A stretch of 51,314 nucleotides of DNA from Deltaproteobacteria bacterium (GTDB lineage Bacteria > Bdellovibrionota_C > UBA2361 > OMII01). The position numbers and the translations under genes are program-made. The stretch covers positions 1-51,314 of the forward strand of contig CANLCB010000003.1 of NCBI GenBank assembly GCA_947488865.1, in the 5' to 3' direction. Below the pieces are notes generated by a model. That model had not been told where the DNA came from, ran no database searches, and was given only the letters and a program-made list of their open reading frames with translations. Position 1 is the first letter of the stretch. Each line of letters starts with the position of its first letter. Positions 8,773 to 18,211 of the stretch are shown piece by piece.

Positions 8773-9342
8773 TTACCCGCGGACGGCCCGCGCGACTTCG
8801 TCAGACAGACGATCCACCAACACACTAAGGGCCGCGACCCGGGCGTTATATCCTTTCCCCTCAATCGGCTCCTCAAGCACGGTGACGACACTCGTCGAGT
8901 CCTCGAATCTCTTGGTATCGGACACCGTATAATTGACGGTGAGATTCGCGAGCCCCCTCTGATTAACATCGAATCGAACCACATCGAGTTGGACTACTTT
9001 ACTTGGAAGCCGATCGGAATTCCCCGAAACGAATACAGCGCTAGACCCCAACCGAGCCGCAAGATCCTGAGCGAAGGTCCGCTGGAAATTCGTACCAAGA
9101 TCCTCCACCCACCGATTCGATTCGTCCACCCTCATCTCACGATCTAGACGGGTGACCATTTGCGGATTGTTGAGATAAGTCGGAAATCGAACTCGCCTCA
9201 CCTCAACAACCGGTCCAAGGGCGCTTCCCGTAAAACGAGCGGCCTCCGCTGAGGGCTGTAACGAATAGTACGTTACTGTCGGGCTCCAGCATCCTATCCA
9301 AGCGAGACACATCCCCAGCGACAAGCAAGAAATCTTCTTCAT
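8773..9342 (-). CDS. PqiC-like ABC-transport auxiliary lipoprotein
   Basis: Lipobox-like AWIGC; YYSL, FPTYLNNPQMV and NRWVEDL motifs; last gene of an Mla-type operon. Confidence 0.8.
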   Translation of the reverse strand: MKKISCLSLGMCLAWIGCWSPTVTYYSLQPSAEAARFTGSALGPVVEVRRVRFPTYLNNPQMVTRLDREMRVDESNRWVEDLGTNFQRTFAQDLAARLGSSAVFVSGNSDRLPSKVVQLDVVRFDVNQRGLANLTVNYTVSDTKRFEDSTSVVTVLEEPIEGKGYNARVAALSVLVDRLSDEVARAVRG

Positions 9343-9345
9343 GAC

Positions 9346-10230
9346 CTACTCCCTCTCCTTCCCAAGGATAACTGACTCTGGCTGTCTCTCAAGAAGATCA
9401 GCAAGACGACGAACAGCGCGCGACATGCCGGACAACTCTTCCAAGGCTTGCTGTGAATCACGAATAGCGGGACGAGCCTCTCGCATAGCGGCGTCTAGAT
9501 TTTTAAGCGTCGCGTCACCCGTTCCCGCCAGAGTGGACACTTCTTTCCCGAGTGCCGCGCTTCGCTGATCTATATTTTGAGCAAGAACACGAAGCTCCGA
9601 GATAAGCCCCTTAATATCGACAAGTCCAGCGTGCAACTCTGGGGACTCAACAAATCCATTCACTTTCTTGAGAATGCTCGCGACCTCAGCGATCATCTCA
9701 GAGAGAGGAATCGTTTCAAGGGTCATCTGGATCTTGTCCAAAGGAGACGGAGCCGTTGGAATTTCCGGATAGCGATCGTCATCCTCTTCGTTCAATTTAA
9801 CAGGCACAGTCGGCATAAAATCGAGCTGAACGTAGAGCTGTCCCGTAACGATACTATCAAGTCCAAGCTGAGCTCGTAGCCCTCGTTGAATCATACGATC
9901 TACGAGCGGAATCGCGCGCGTTTCTCCATCTGACGGCTGGATGCCCTTGATAGAATCCCCATTCAACTCAAGGAGTACAGGAATCTTTAGAGAGTCAGAT
10001 TGGCGATGATAGACGATCGAGATATCTCGGACGTTACCAACTTTGGCTCCTCGAAAACGCACCGGCGCTCCCGGAACCAATCCCTTCACCGAGCCAGAGA
10101 AATACGTGATGAATACGTATGTCCGATCGAAGAATTTGAATCGACCAAAAAACACAAGGCACGCGGCGGCCAAAACGATGCCACCAATAGTGAACATCCC
10201 GATCCATCGATATCTAGGCTCTTTACTCAT
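9346..10230 (-). CDS. MCE/MlaD family substrate-binding protein
   Basis: N-terminal TM; SVKGLVPGAPVRFRGAKVGNV; GLRAQL..IVTGQLYV; helical C-terminus ending ERQPESVILG. Confidence 0.9.
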   Translation of the reverse strand: MSKEPRYRWIGMFTIGGIVLAAACLVFFGRFKFFDRTYVFITYFSGSVKGLVPGAPVRFRGAKVGNVRDISIVYHRQSDSLKIPVLLELNGDSIKGIQPSDGETRAIPLVDRMIQRGLRAQLGLDSIVTGQLYVQLDFMPTVPVKLNEEDDDRYPEIPTAPSPLDKIQMTLETIPLSEMIAEVASILKKVNGFVESPELHAGLVDIKGLISELRVLAQNIDQRSAALGKEVSTLAGTGDATLKNLDAAMREARPAIRDSQQALEELSGMSRAVRRLADLLERQPESVILGKERE

Positions 10231-10236
10231 CGCACC

Positions 10237-10998
10237 TTACCTCTGCCGCTCTCCACGAGTCAGAAACTCTATAACCTTAAGTTCTTTAGAACTCTCTAAC
10301 AACTCCTTAGGGGGACCAAAAGCGATACTTGTCTTCGAATCAGGGTCCAAAAAGATAGAGTTCTTGGCGATCGAGAAGATACTGGCCAACTCGTGAGTTA
10401 CCACAACCACCGTGGCCCCAGTGCTCTTGTTGAGCTCAATAATGAGGTCATCGAGAAGTTTGGAGCTCACTGGATCCAACCCCGCTGACGGCTCGTCAAA
10501 GAAGAGCACCTCTGGATCCAAGGCCATGGCTCGCGCGAGAGCCGCCCGCTTCTGCATACCACCCGATATTTCCGAGGGGTAATAGTCTTGAAAGCCCGAA
10601 AGCCCTACTAAAGCGAGTTTATAATCCACTATGTCCTGAATCTCTGTATCGGATCGCCCGGTGTACTGACGCAAAGGCATCGCCACATTCTCCGCTAGCG
10701 TCATGGATGTCCATAATGCCCCCTTCTGATAGAGGATCCCCATGCGCCGAAGCAGCGCCCCCTGCTCTTCCGAACTTGAATCCCAGAAGCTCGCGCCGTC
10801 GTAGAGTACTCGCCCAACGGCGGGCTCATACAATCCGATGAGGTGCTTCAGCAGTGTGCTCTTTCCACATCCGCTCCCCCCCATAATGACAAAAACGTCT
10901 CCGCGCTTGATCGCGAAGTTAAGATCTCGCTGAATGAGAAAATCACCATATTTCATGGTGAGGTTTTCAACGACGATATGGTTGCCTGGTTCGCTCAT
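10237..10998 (-). CDS. MlaF-type ABC transporter ATPase
   Basis: Walker A GGSGCGKS, signature ISGGMQKR, Walker B FFDEPSAGLDP, VTHE. Confidence 0.93.
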   Translation of the reverse strand: MSEPGNHIVVENLTMKYGDFLIQRDLNFAIKRGDVFVIMGGSGCGKSTLLKHLIGLYEPAVGRVLYDGASFWDSSSEEQGALLRRMGILYQKGALWTSMTLAENVAMPLRQYTGRSDTEIQDIVDYKLALVGLSGFQDYYPSEISGGMQKRAALARAMALDPEVLFFDEPSAGLDPVSSKLLDDLIIELNKSTGATVVVVTHELASIFSIAKNSIFLDPDSKTSIAFGPPKELLESSKELKVIEFLTRGERQR

Positions 10999-12122
10999 CA
11001 GAACCCCAACACCTCACACAGCACCGCGAAGAACGCGTCGGAAATAACGATCGCGACGATGCCAGCTACCACTGCTGAAGTTACCGCCACACCAACCGCC
11101 GACGCGCTACGACCACACCGCATTCCGTACAGGCATCCAGAGATCGCTATCAGCACCCCGAATATACAGCTCTTAAACACTCCTAAAACCACATCTTGCA
11201 ACCGGACAGCCGTCAGAAGCTGTTGAAAGTAGCGCTCAAGAGAGATATCGAGGGTGAGCGAGGAGATGAGCGCTCCACCCGACATTCCAAGCACATCAGC
11301 GTAGATGCACAAGAGTGGCATCATCAGAACGAGCGCCACAACTCGCGGCACGACAAGGTACTCCATCGGAGAGAATCCAAATGTCTTGAGGGCGTCGATC
11401 TCCTCGTTTACCTGCATCGTTCCAAGCTGCGCGGCAAACGCCGCTCCTGTTCGACCGGCCATAATAATCGCCGCCATTATGGCCCCCATCTCTCGCACCA
11501 TGGCGATTCCAACCAGGTTAGCGACGTAGATCTCAGCGCCAAATTGACGAAGCTGTTGAGCGCCGATGAAACAGAGGATCACTCCGACCAAAACACTGAT
11601 AAGTGTTACGATTGGAAGAGCTGACGGACCACTCTCATCGAGCGTTATCCAAATATCGCTCACCGGAACCTTAGCTTTTCCACGACACGCCCGCCCGAGG
11701 GCCAGGAGAAGCTCGCCAACAAAATCACACCATGCGAGGAATGCGTCACGAAGAGCGATGACATTTTTACCAACGGTAACTAAAAAAGTGTCCCGGGAGC
11801 TAACGCGCCGGGCGCCCGCACGCTCTGGAACCTTCGATGCCAGAACGAGGAGCCCCTCTCCGACCGCTGGAATACCGCCGCGAATAACTTCATGCCCCTG
11901 AGCGCGGAGAATTGTCTCAAGTTTAAAGATCCAGCTCAGCACCCCAGAGTCCCAGGTCGTGACCGCTGAGCCATCAATTCGCACTCCCGCTTTGTAGGAC
12001 CCGAGCACTTTAAGAGCGACAGAAGGCGCGAGCGCTCCTTCCGGAGCGGCATCAGCAGACACGAGCTTAGCTACCGCGAGAACGCCAGGGGATGGAGCTG
12101 AAACTGTTACAAAAAAGGACAT
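10998..12122 (-). CDS. MlaE family permease with N-terminal STAS-like domain
   Basis: REMGAIMAAIIMAGRTGAAFAAQLGTMQVNEEIDAL; start set at the in-frame ATG 12122 (ORF track extends to 12212). Confidence 0.9.
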   Translation of the reverse strand: MSFFVTVSAPSPGVLAVAKLVSADAAPEGALAPSVALKVLGSYKAGVRIDGSAVTTWDSGVLSWIFKLETILRAQGHEVIRGGIPAVGEGLLVLASKVPERAGARRVSSRDTFLVTVGKNVIALRDAFLAWCDFVGELLLALGRACRGKAKVPVSDIWITLDESGPSALPIVTLISVLVGVILCFIGAQQLRQFGAEIYVANLVGIAMVREMGAIMAAIIMAGRTGAAFAAQLGTMQVNEEIDALKTFGFSPMEYLVVPRVVALVLMMPLLCIYADVLGMSGGALISSLTLDISLERYFQQLLTAVRLQDVVLGVFKSCIFGVLIAISGCLYGMRCGRSASAVGVAVTSAVVAGIVAIVISDAFFAVLCEVLGF

Positions 12123-12235
12123 ACGAAGGGGAGCGTATGGCACAACCCCTGACTCAACAATCCCCCAAACCGGGATTAGGAGGCAGTCTCCCTGCTCAGA
12201 CAGCCTGAGCAAGGAGCTGCATTTGCGTCGGCCCC

Positions 12236-14704
12236 TTACCGCCCTTTTCCACCAAGCATCGATCCTAGATTCGCGAAGGGATTATTCCCGATGCTTTGAG
12301 GCTGAGACTGTACTGAAGATGGTCGAGTATCTCGATGGCCGCCATTTCGAGAGCGCGGGCCACCACCCTGTCCAGCTCCATGCCTAAAGTCGATTGAGTT
12401 GGACGCAGGTCTCGCTTCAGCGTTCTTTTTCATCGTAAGAGCGATCTGACGTTTTTCTAAATTAACCTCAAGTACGCGCACCTGTACTTTGTCGCCCGCG
12501 TTAACAACGGCTCGCGGATCCTTCACGAAAGAATCACTAAGCTGGGAGATGTGAACAAGCCCATCCTGATGAACGCCAATATCAACGAAAGCGCCAAAGT
12601 TAGTAACATTCGTCACCACCCCGGTACACAACATCCCAGGCTTTAAGTCGGAAAGCTCATGAATATCCTCGCGATACTTCACGTATTCAAATTCGGAACG
12701 AGGATCGCGACCCGGCTTTTCGAGCTCTTGAATGACATCGTTAAAGGTGAAGTCACCAAGCACCTGCTTAAGGGAGCTATTATTTTTCAACGACGAGACA
12801 CCAGTTCCAACAAGAGCCTCAAGAGTCTTTCCGCATTCCGTCGCGAAAGACTCCAGCGCCTTATAGCGCTCAGGATGAACGCCGGTGTTATCTAAGGGGT
12901 TAGCTCCATTTGGAATACGGAGGAACCCCGCCGCCTGCTCGAACGCGCGTTCACCGAACCACGAAACATTCATCAAGTCACTTCGAGACTGAAACAACCC
13001 GTTGCTCGCGCGGTGATCCACAATCGAACGAGCCAAAGATGGTCCGATTCCTGAAACGTAAGCCAAAAGGTGTCGTGACGCGGTATTGATATTTACGCCC
13101 ACGGTATTTACACACGATTCAACAACACGCTCCAATGCGCTCTTAAGAGCAGATTGAGAGACATCGTGCTGATACTGTCCAACTCCGATACTCTTCGGAT
13201 CAACTTTAACGAGCTCAGCCAATGGATCCTGCAGACGTCGAGCGATCGAAATAGCGCCACGAACCGTTACATCAAGGGTCGGAAACTCCTCACGAGCCAC
13301 TTCGCTTGCGCTGTAGATGCTAGCACCGGACTCGCTCACCATCACAACTGGAATCTGCAGTTTCATCTTAGCCACGGAGTCGCGCAGGAACTTCTCTGTC
13401 TCACGCGCTGCCGTTCCGTTTCCAACCGCGATCTCTTCCACCTTCCCATTCTCAAGAACGGTTTTGAGCTGATGAAAGGACTGAGCTTGCTGCTCCGGTG
13501 TAAGGAGGTGGATAACCCCACTTGCGACGTACTCGCCTGAGGCGTTAATGAGCGCGAGCTTACACCCAGTTCGCAGACCTGGGTCTACCCCGAGCACACA
13601 CTTACTTCCAAGCGGCGCGGAGAGTAGGACTTTTCGGACGTTCTCACTGAACACTTCGATAGCAGCCGCGTCAGCCACTTCTCGTAGCGAAGAGTGGATC
13701 TCGTTCTCAATAGAAAGAAGAACGTATACTCGAAGCGCCATTCGCGCGGCGAGCAGAAGAACCTTTTCGCCTGGAGAGCCTTTTGTTGGGCAGGCGCGCG
13801 TCTGATACATAGTCAACAGACTAGCCATCAACGCTTCGTTCTGAGGCGCTCCTCCAATTGAGAGAATGAGCTCCTCTTCTGACTGCCCTCTTCGGATCGC
13901 GAGATAGCGGTGACTATTCTCTCGCTTCATCAGTGCCGCGATCGATTCGCTATAATCGAAGTAACGGTCAAATTTACTTGGAATCTTGGCCTTCTCACCC
14001 TTCTGAGAGGCGAGCTGTCCGTTCGTCATCAGTTGATTTCGAACCTCCTGGCGCAACTCAGGGATCTCGGACAAACGCTCAATAAGAATCGACTCTGCCC
14101 CTTGCGTCGCCGCAGTCACGTCCGCGACCCCTCTCTCAGCATTCACGAATTCTTGCGCTTTAGCCTCAAGAGTCTCTTCCGGGCTCCACGCCGCCCCGTG
14201 AGCACAATCCCATATCCATTGAGCCAACGGCTCAAGCCCCGCTTCTCGTGCGACTGTAGCCTTCGTCTTTCTCTTACGCTTGTATGGGAGATATAGGTCC
14301 TCAAGCACGAGATAATCGAAAGTCGTTTCGATCCGCGCCCTAAGTTCTGGGGTTAATTTTCCTTGAGAATCAATCTCGGAAAGGATGAACGCCTTTCGCT
14401 CAACCAAATTCTTCCAGCGCTCAAGCGCGTCAATCACATTACCTATCGCGACCTCATCGAGGTTACCCGTCTGCTCTTTTCGATATCGAGCGATGAACGG
14501 TACCGTGGCTTTTTCAGAGGCGAGACGAATTACCGCCAACGCGGATCGAAAAGGAATAGCTGGAAACTGTTCTTGAAACCACCGAGCGAATTGAGTCGCG
14601 TCACCTGGGATCATCTCTTGCGACTGATTAGCCGCCCCAGACTCATTAAATACATAGGAAGTGGCTGGGGAGACTTGGGATTCAACTCGGACAGCATTAG
14701 ACAT
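12236..14704 (-). CDS. tex: Tex family RNA-binding transcription accessory protein
   Basis: TVPFIARYRKE, DPGLRTGCK, SIARRLQDPLAELVKVDPKSIGVGQYQHD and a C-terminal S1 domain (FGAFVDIGVHQDGLVHIS). Confidence 0.96.
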   Translation of the reverse strand: MSNAVRVESQVSPATSYVFNESGAANQSQEMIPGDATQFARWFQEQFPAIPFRSALAVIRLASEKATVPFIARYRKEQTGNLDEVAIGNVIDALERWKNLVERKAFILSEIDSQGKLTPELRARIETTFDYLVLEDLYLPYKRKRKTKATVAREAGLEPLAQWIWDCAHGAAWSPEETLEAKAQEFVNAERGVADVTAATQGAESILIERLSEIPELRQEVRNQLMTNGQLASQKGEKAKIPSKFDRYFDYSESIAALMKRENSHRYLAIRRGQSEEELILSIGGAPQNEALMASLLTMYQTRACPTKGSPGEKVLLLAARMALRVYVLLSIENEIHSSLREVADAAAIEVFSENVRKVLLSAPLGSKCVLGVDPGLRTGCKLALINASGEYVASGVIHLLTPEQQAQSFHQLKTVLENGKVEEIAVGNGTAARETEKFLRDSVAKMKLQIPVVMVSESGASIYSASEVAREEFPTLDVTVRGAISIARRLQDPLAELVKVDPKSIGVGQYQHDVSQSALKSALERVVESCVNTVGVNINTASRHLLAYVSGIGPSLARSIVDHRASNGLFQSRSDLMNVSWFGERAFEQAAGFLRIPNGANPLDNTGVHPERYKALESFATECGKTLEALVGTGVSSLKNNSSLKQVLGDFTFNDVIQELEKPGRDPRSEFEYVKYREDIHELSDLKPGMLCTGVVTNVTNFGAFVDIGVHQDGLVHISQLSDSFVKDPRAVVNAGDKVQVRVLEVNLEKRQIALTMKKNAEARPASNSIDFRHGAGQGGGPRSRNGGHRDTRPSSVQSQPQSIGNNPFANLGSMLGGKGR

Positions 14705-14956
14705 GGATAAACGTTCTACTCCTTAGCTTTGACCAACTGGCCGCATATGGCGAACGTGCTAGGTCACGTTTCAAAACCTCATCAGCCGAAGGAGGAGAAG
14801 TTACTGCGACCGGACGGAAGAGACTAGGAGAAAATGGAAGTTTTTTCTCAATCCGAAACAAGAAAAGAGAGAACGGGGAAATAGTTTTCCAATGCTCAAG
14901 GAACTGCGCTCGCCCCTCCCATTTACTTCAGTATGTACGCTTGATACAAAGCAGCC

Positions 14957-15250
14957 ATGGATCTGGCTGGTTTCATCTCTCTCTGCGATACCAACACACT
15001 GCCCGCCGATCTTTCTCTCCCATTACAGGCACTGTGGTACGACCGAAAGGGCGACTGGACTAGCGCTCACGAGGCGGTTCAAGACGGGAATGACCGCGCG
15101 AGCGCTGCTATCCACGCCTATCTTCACCGAAAAGAGGGAGATAATTGGAACGCGCGATACTGGTACTCTGCGGCGGGTCGAAAACCGTTCAGCAGGTCAT
15201 TGGATGAGGAGTGGGTGGAGCTCGCTATAGAGCTGCTAAAGAGCGTCTAG
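14957..15250 (+). CDS. Conserved small hypothetical protein
   Basis: DWTSAHEAVQ...IHAYLHRKEGDNWNARYWY resembles a widespread conserved family. Confidence 0.8.
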   Translation: MDLAGFISLCDTNTLPADLSLPLQALWYDRKGDWTSAHEAVQDGNDRASAAIHAYLHRKEGDNWNARYWYSAAGRKPFSRSLDEEWVELAIELLKSV

Positions 15251-15299
15251 GGTCAGTAAAATCAAACCCCAGCAACCCGAGCGCTCTCGCGCTGTCTCT

Positions 15300-16853
15300 T
15301 TAAGGCCCTACGCTCCTCTCTCCCGCAGATCCACCATTAAAGGAACGACTAGATAAGCCGGAGTTGTTACCAGGAGGAATCACGCTGGATCCCGCCGAAA
15401 CACCGGCACCCGCGCCTGGAGCGCCACTCCCACCACCGGAGACCCCACTACCGCCGCTTGCGTTGCCACCAGGTTCAATTATCCTGCCTCCTCCTAGATC
15501 GCTACCACCAACGATTCTTCCAATGATACCACCTGAACCATTACCTCCGGATCCAGGCGAGCCGGCGGACGGTCCACCGCCGTTTGAACCTCCATTATTT
15601 GAAGGCTCACATTCGCATGTTAATGGATTTTGCTGTTGCCCCCGCGGGCAAGTGATCGTCGTGCAGACTCTTCCCCCGCTACCGTCACTTCCATTGCCCT
15701 CATTACCGCCTCCGGAGCCGCTCCCGCCACTACCAGCTCCTCCGGTCGTGCCGCCCCCCCCAGAGGACCCACCGCCGGTCGAACCACCAGTTCCGCCGCA
15801 ATCACTCGGACAGCTAGTCGCCGATTCTGGTTTAGGGCAATCACATGCCATGCACACAACTGCTTGGCAGATTCCATCGCCGCATTTATCGACACCGCAG
15901 GATCCGCCACCTCCGCCACCCGTGGAACCACCGCCTCCTGCACCAGTCGAGCCTCCGCCACCTGTTCCCCCTGCGCTCTTCGGCATACACACCTTCACAC
16001 GCGCGGGCATCCCAGTGTGGGAATAAAAGAGTTTGCCATGTTTTGCCTTCGTTCCGATTGTAACTGCCCCCTTGTATTGACCAAGATCTGCACTGTTCCA
16101 GGCAGGAGGAGTACGGGCTCCATGCGCGGAACGACACGTAGGATCCTTCCATCGCCTCCCATGACCCATTACAGCCGTGCATGCAAAGTCAGGACGAGTG
16201 ACACACTCTCCTTTTTTAGCATCTGGCTCTCCCTCTTTAACTGCTAGATATGGATAGTTAGTTTTTGCCGGATCCCCAACGTAATCGCACTCCGAGTTCT
16301 CCGCCGCGTTTGGTTGACATGAGAAGCGATAGAAATCCCCCTCCGCGTATCCAAGGATTGGAGATTCCGCCCGAGGGGACACTGTCGTCTCAGAGCTTGC
16401 TTTTGGGGCGCAGAATCCCCACGCTCCGTCTGTTTTCTTCAGCTCAACACCGGCGAATTTACCATCACAAAAATCGAGAGTCGTCGTAGCGATGCAGTCA
16501 TATCGAACGTCTCCGACAATTCCGAAGGTAGGACTGCCGCCATAGATATCACAGGGCGTTTTGTTGCTTTGGAGTGGCTTTGTCGATTTCGTACACCAGG
16601 CCGCGACAGGGGGATTCGTATTTGGACAGGTGATGAAGCGAGGTGGGTTGGCAACGCTGTTGTCAACGCTGATCGGTGGGATAGAGCGGCCCACGTCGTC
16701 GACTAACCCTGCGGGAATCCTTAGGGAACAACAGGGGGGATTTTGTATTTTCCCTCCTCCTTGAGCGCGAGCATCACTGTCTAGCCAAACGCAGACGATG
16801 AGCCCCATCAGGAACTTCAACGCCATACTCTTAACGATGCATCTATGCTTCAT
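15300..16853 (-). CDS. Secreted Cys-rich protein with Gly/Ser linkers
   Basis: Signal-peptide-like N-terminus ending ARA|Q; 26 Cys after the signal region; GGS-rich linkers; GAGGGG RBS before ATG 16853. Confidence 0.8.
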   Translation of the reverse strand: MKHRCIVKSMALKFLMGLIVCVWLDSDARAQGGGKIQNPPCCSLRIPAGLVDDVGRSIPPISVDNSVANPPRFITCPNTNPPVAAWCTKSTKPLQSNKTPCDIYGGSPTFGIVGDVRYDCIATTTLDFCDGKFAGVELKKTDGAWGFCAPKASSETTVSPRAESPILGYAEGDFYRFSCQPNAAENSECDYVGDPAKTNYPYLAVKEGEPDAKKGECVTRPDFACTAVMGHGRRWKDPTCRSAHGARTPPAWNSADLGQYKGAVTIGTKAKHGKLFYSHTGMPARVKVCMPKSAGGTGGGGSTGAGGGGSTGGGGGGSCGVDKCGDGICQAVVCMACDCPKPESATSCPSDCGGTGGSTGGGSSGGGGTTGGAGSGGSGSGGGNEGNGSDGSGGRVCTTITCPRGQQQNPLTCECEPSNNGGSNGGGPSAGSPGSGGNGSGGIIGRIVGGSDLGGGRIIEPGGNASGGSGVSGGGSGAPGAGAGVSAGSSVIPPGNNSGLSSRSFNGGSAGERSVGP

Positions 16854-17093
16854 CCGCCCCTCGCCCCTTTTCTTCACCGCACGGCTTCATAACTCAAGCC
16901 AGGTGCCCCACTTATGTATACCTCGGCAACTAACGGCAGACTTTGGATAAAACTTTAGAGTAGCGCTCGATAAACACTCTCTTGGAATTTCTGGAAACCG
17001 TTCAGAGACATTTCTCTGAGATTCAAGGACCTTAGCAACCCTAAGAGGCTCACTCGGATACCTAGAAGTAACGAGAACACACCCTCGCCTTAT

Positions 17094-17270
17094 CCAGAAC
17101 TGGCCTCAAAAGTATCTTCTGCTGCGGTTAACGATATGCGGCCTGCAAGTTCGTCAAACTTCGCGAAAAAATCCTCCGTGGATACGCTTCCAGTTTTTTT
17201 GCTCGTATTTCTCGTTTCGCCGCGCATCTAGCCAACCTAGCGACGAAACTACTCTTGAGACCAGTTCTGC
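17094..17270. mobile_element. MITE/REPIN-like element, copy 2 (177 bp)
   Basis: CAGAACTGGCCTCAAAAGTA ... TACTCTTGAGACCAGTTCTG (18/20 inverted match); homologous to 4685-4813 with ~47 extra internal nt; ends 2 nt from the stop of 17273-17899. Confidence 0.75.
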
Positions 17271-17272
17271 GA

Positions 17273-17899
17273 TCACTCAGTACGATTCCACGCGTAAACA
17301 ACGTCATCCGCTTTTTCATCGCTTATGTTTGGATACACCGCGCACTTGGTTCGCATACCAGCATAGGCCATACCAGCCGCTCGCATTACCTTCCCCGATA
17401 CCGGATTTTCAGGATGATGATGGGCCTCAATACGATGAACACCTGGGTCCGATTGCGCAACCTCAAGCAACCGTTTCCAAGCCTCGGTCGCATACCCAAC
17501 TCCCCAAAACTTCGGATTGAGAATATATCCACCCGTGACTTTTGTTTCATCGGAGGCTTCGAAACCCGCCGATCCGATATACTCACCCGTCTCCTTTAGC
17601 TGAAGCAGCCAGCTAAACATAGCCTTGCCGTTATGTCGCCCCGCGAAAGAATCTACTACAAGGCGCACAAACCCTTCCGATGTCTCAACCTTTCCATCCA
17701 CCTTGAAGGACATATATCGACAGGTATTGACGTCATTGGCGTAGAGGTCAAACAGCAACTGCCCATCGCCATGTTGTAGCGCTCGGAATCGAAGACGCGC
17801 GGTTTCAAATTCACGCGAAGGTATCGCAGTAAGAGGAGTTAAAATGTAGGAAGGTTGTTGCCGCAATGTTTCTTGCATCATGACGCCATAGTTTACCAT
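17273..17899 (-). CDS. GNAT N-acetyltransferase, RimJ/RimL type
   Basis: FETARLRFR, GYILNPKFWGVGYATEA, HPENPVSGKVMRAAGM. Confidence 0.88.
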   Translation of the reverse strand: MVNYGVMMQETLRQQPSYILTPLTAIPSREFETARLRFRALQHGDGQLLFDLYANDVNTCRYMSFKVDGKVETSEGFVRLVVDSFAGRHNGKAMFSWLLQLKETGEYIGSAGFEASDETKVTGGYILNPKFWGVGYATEAWKRLLEVAQSDPGVHRIEAHHHPENPVSGKVMRAAGMAYAGMRTKCAVYPNISDEKADDVVYAWNRTE

Positions 17900-18142
17900 C
17901 AGAGGCCGGAGGCATGCGCGATAAAATGGCCTTTTTCTGAACCCTCTTGAATATTAAACATCCTACGAACCCTCCTCGTCTCTCAAGCCTGTAAGCCCCA
18001 GCACACTTTCTTGGGCGCTCGTATTTTCCTACCCAACCCGTTCTCTTCAACCTTCTCGCTTTCTTACCCAATATAAAGCTCCGATATCGACGCCTCCAGG
18101 CATCTCGTCTGAACCCCTTTCTGAAGGCTAGGACGAAACAAA

Positions 18143-18172
18143 TTGACTGAGATCTCTGACCCTAACTACTCT
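18143..18172 (+). promoter_or_regulatory. Possible sigma70 promoter
   Basis: TTGACT-N18-TACTCT, 40 nt upstream of ATG 18212. Confidence 0.3.
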
Positions 18173-18211
18173 TTAGGTGGGTGAATTAATTTCGTAGATG
18201 AGGGATTTTAC

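Noticed and set aside
15364-16247. Pro-rich 220-aa and Ala/Thr-rich 205-aa plus-strand ORFs
   Set aside because: Reverse-complement reading of the Gly codons of 15300-16853; the minus-strand protein has the signal peptide, RBS and paired Cys.
4685-17270. The two repeat copies as a CRISPR remnant or as ends of one 12.6-kb composite transposon
   Set aside because: No repeat-spacer periodicity or cas genes; each copy has its own inverted ends, no transposase lies between them, and the interval includes tex and an Mla-type operon.
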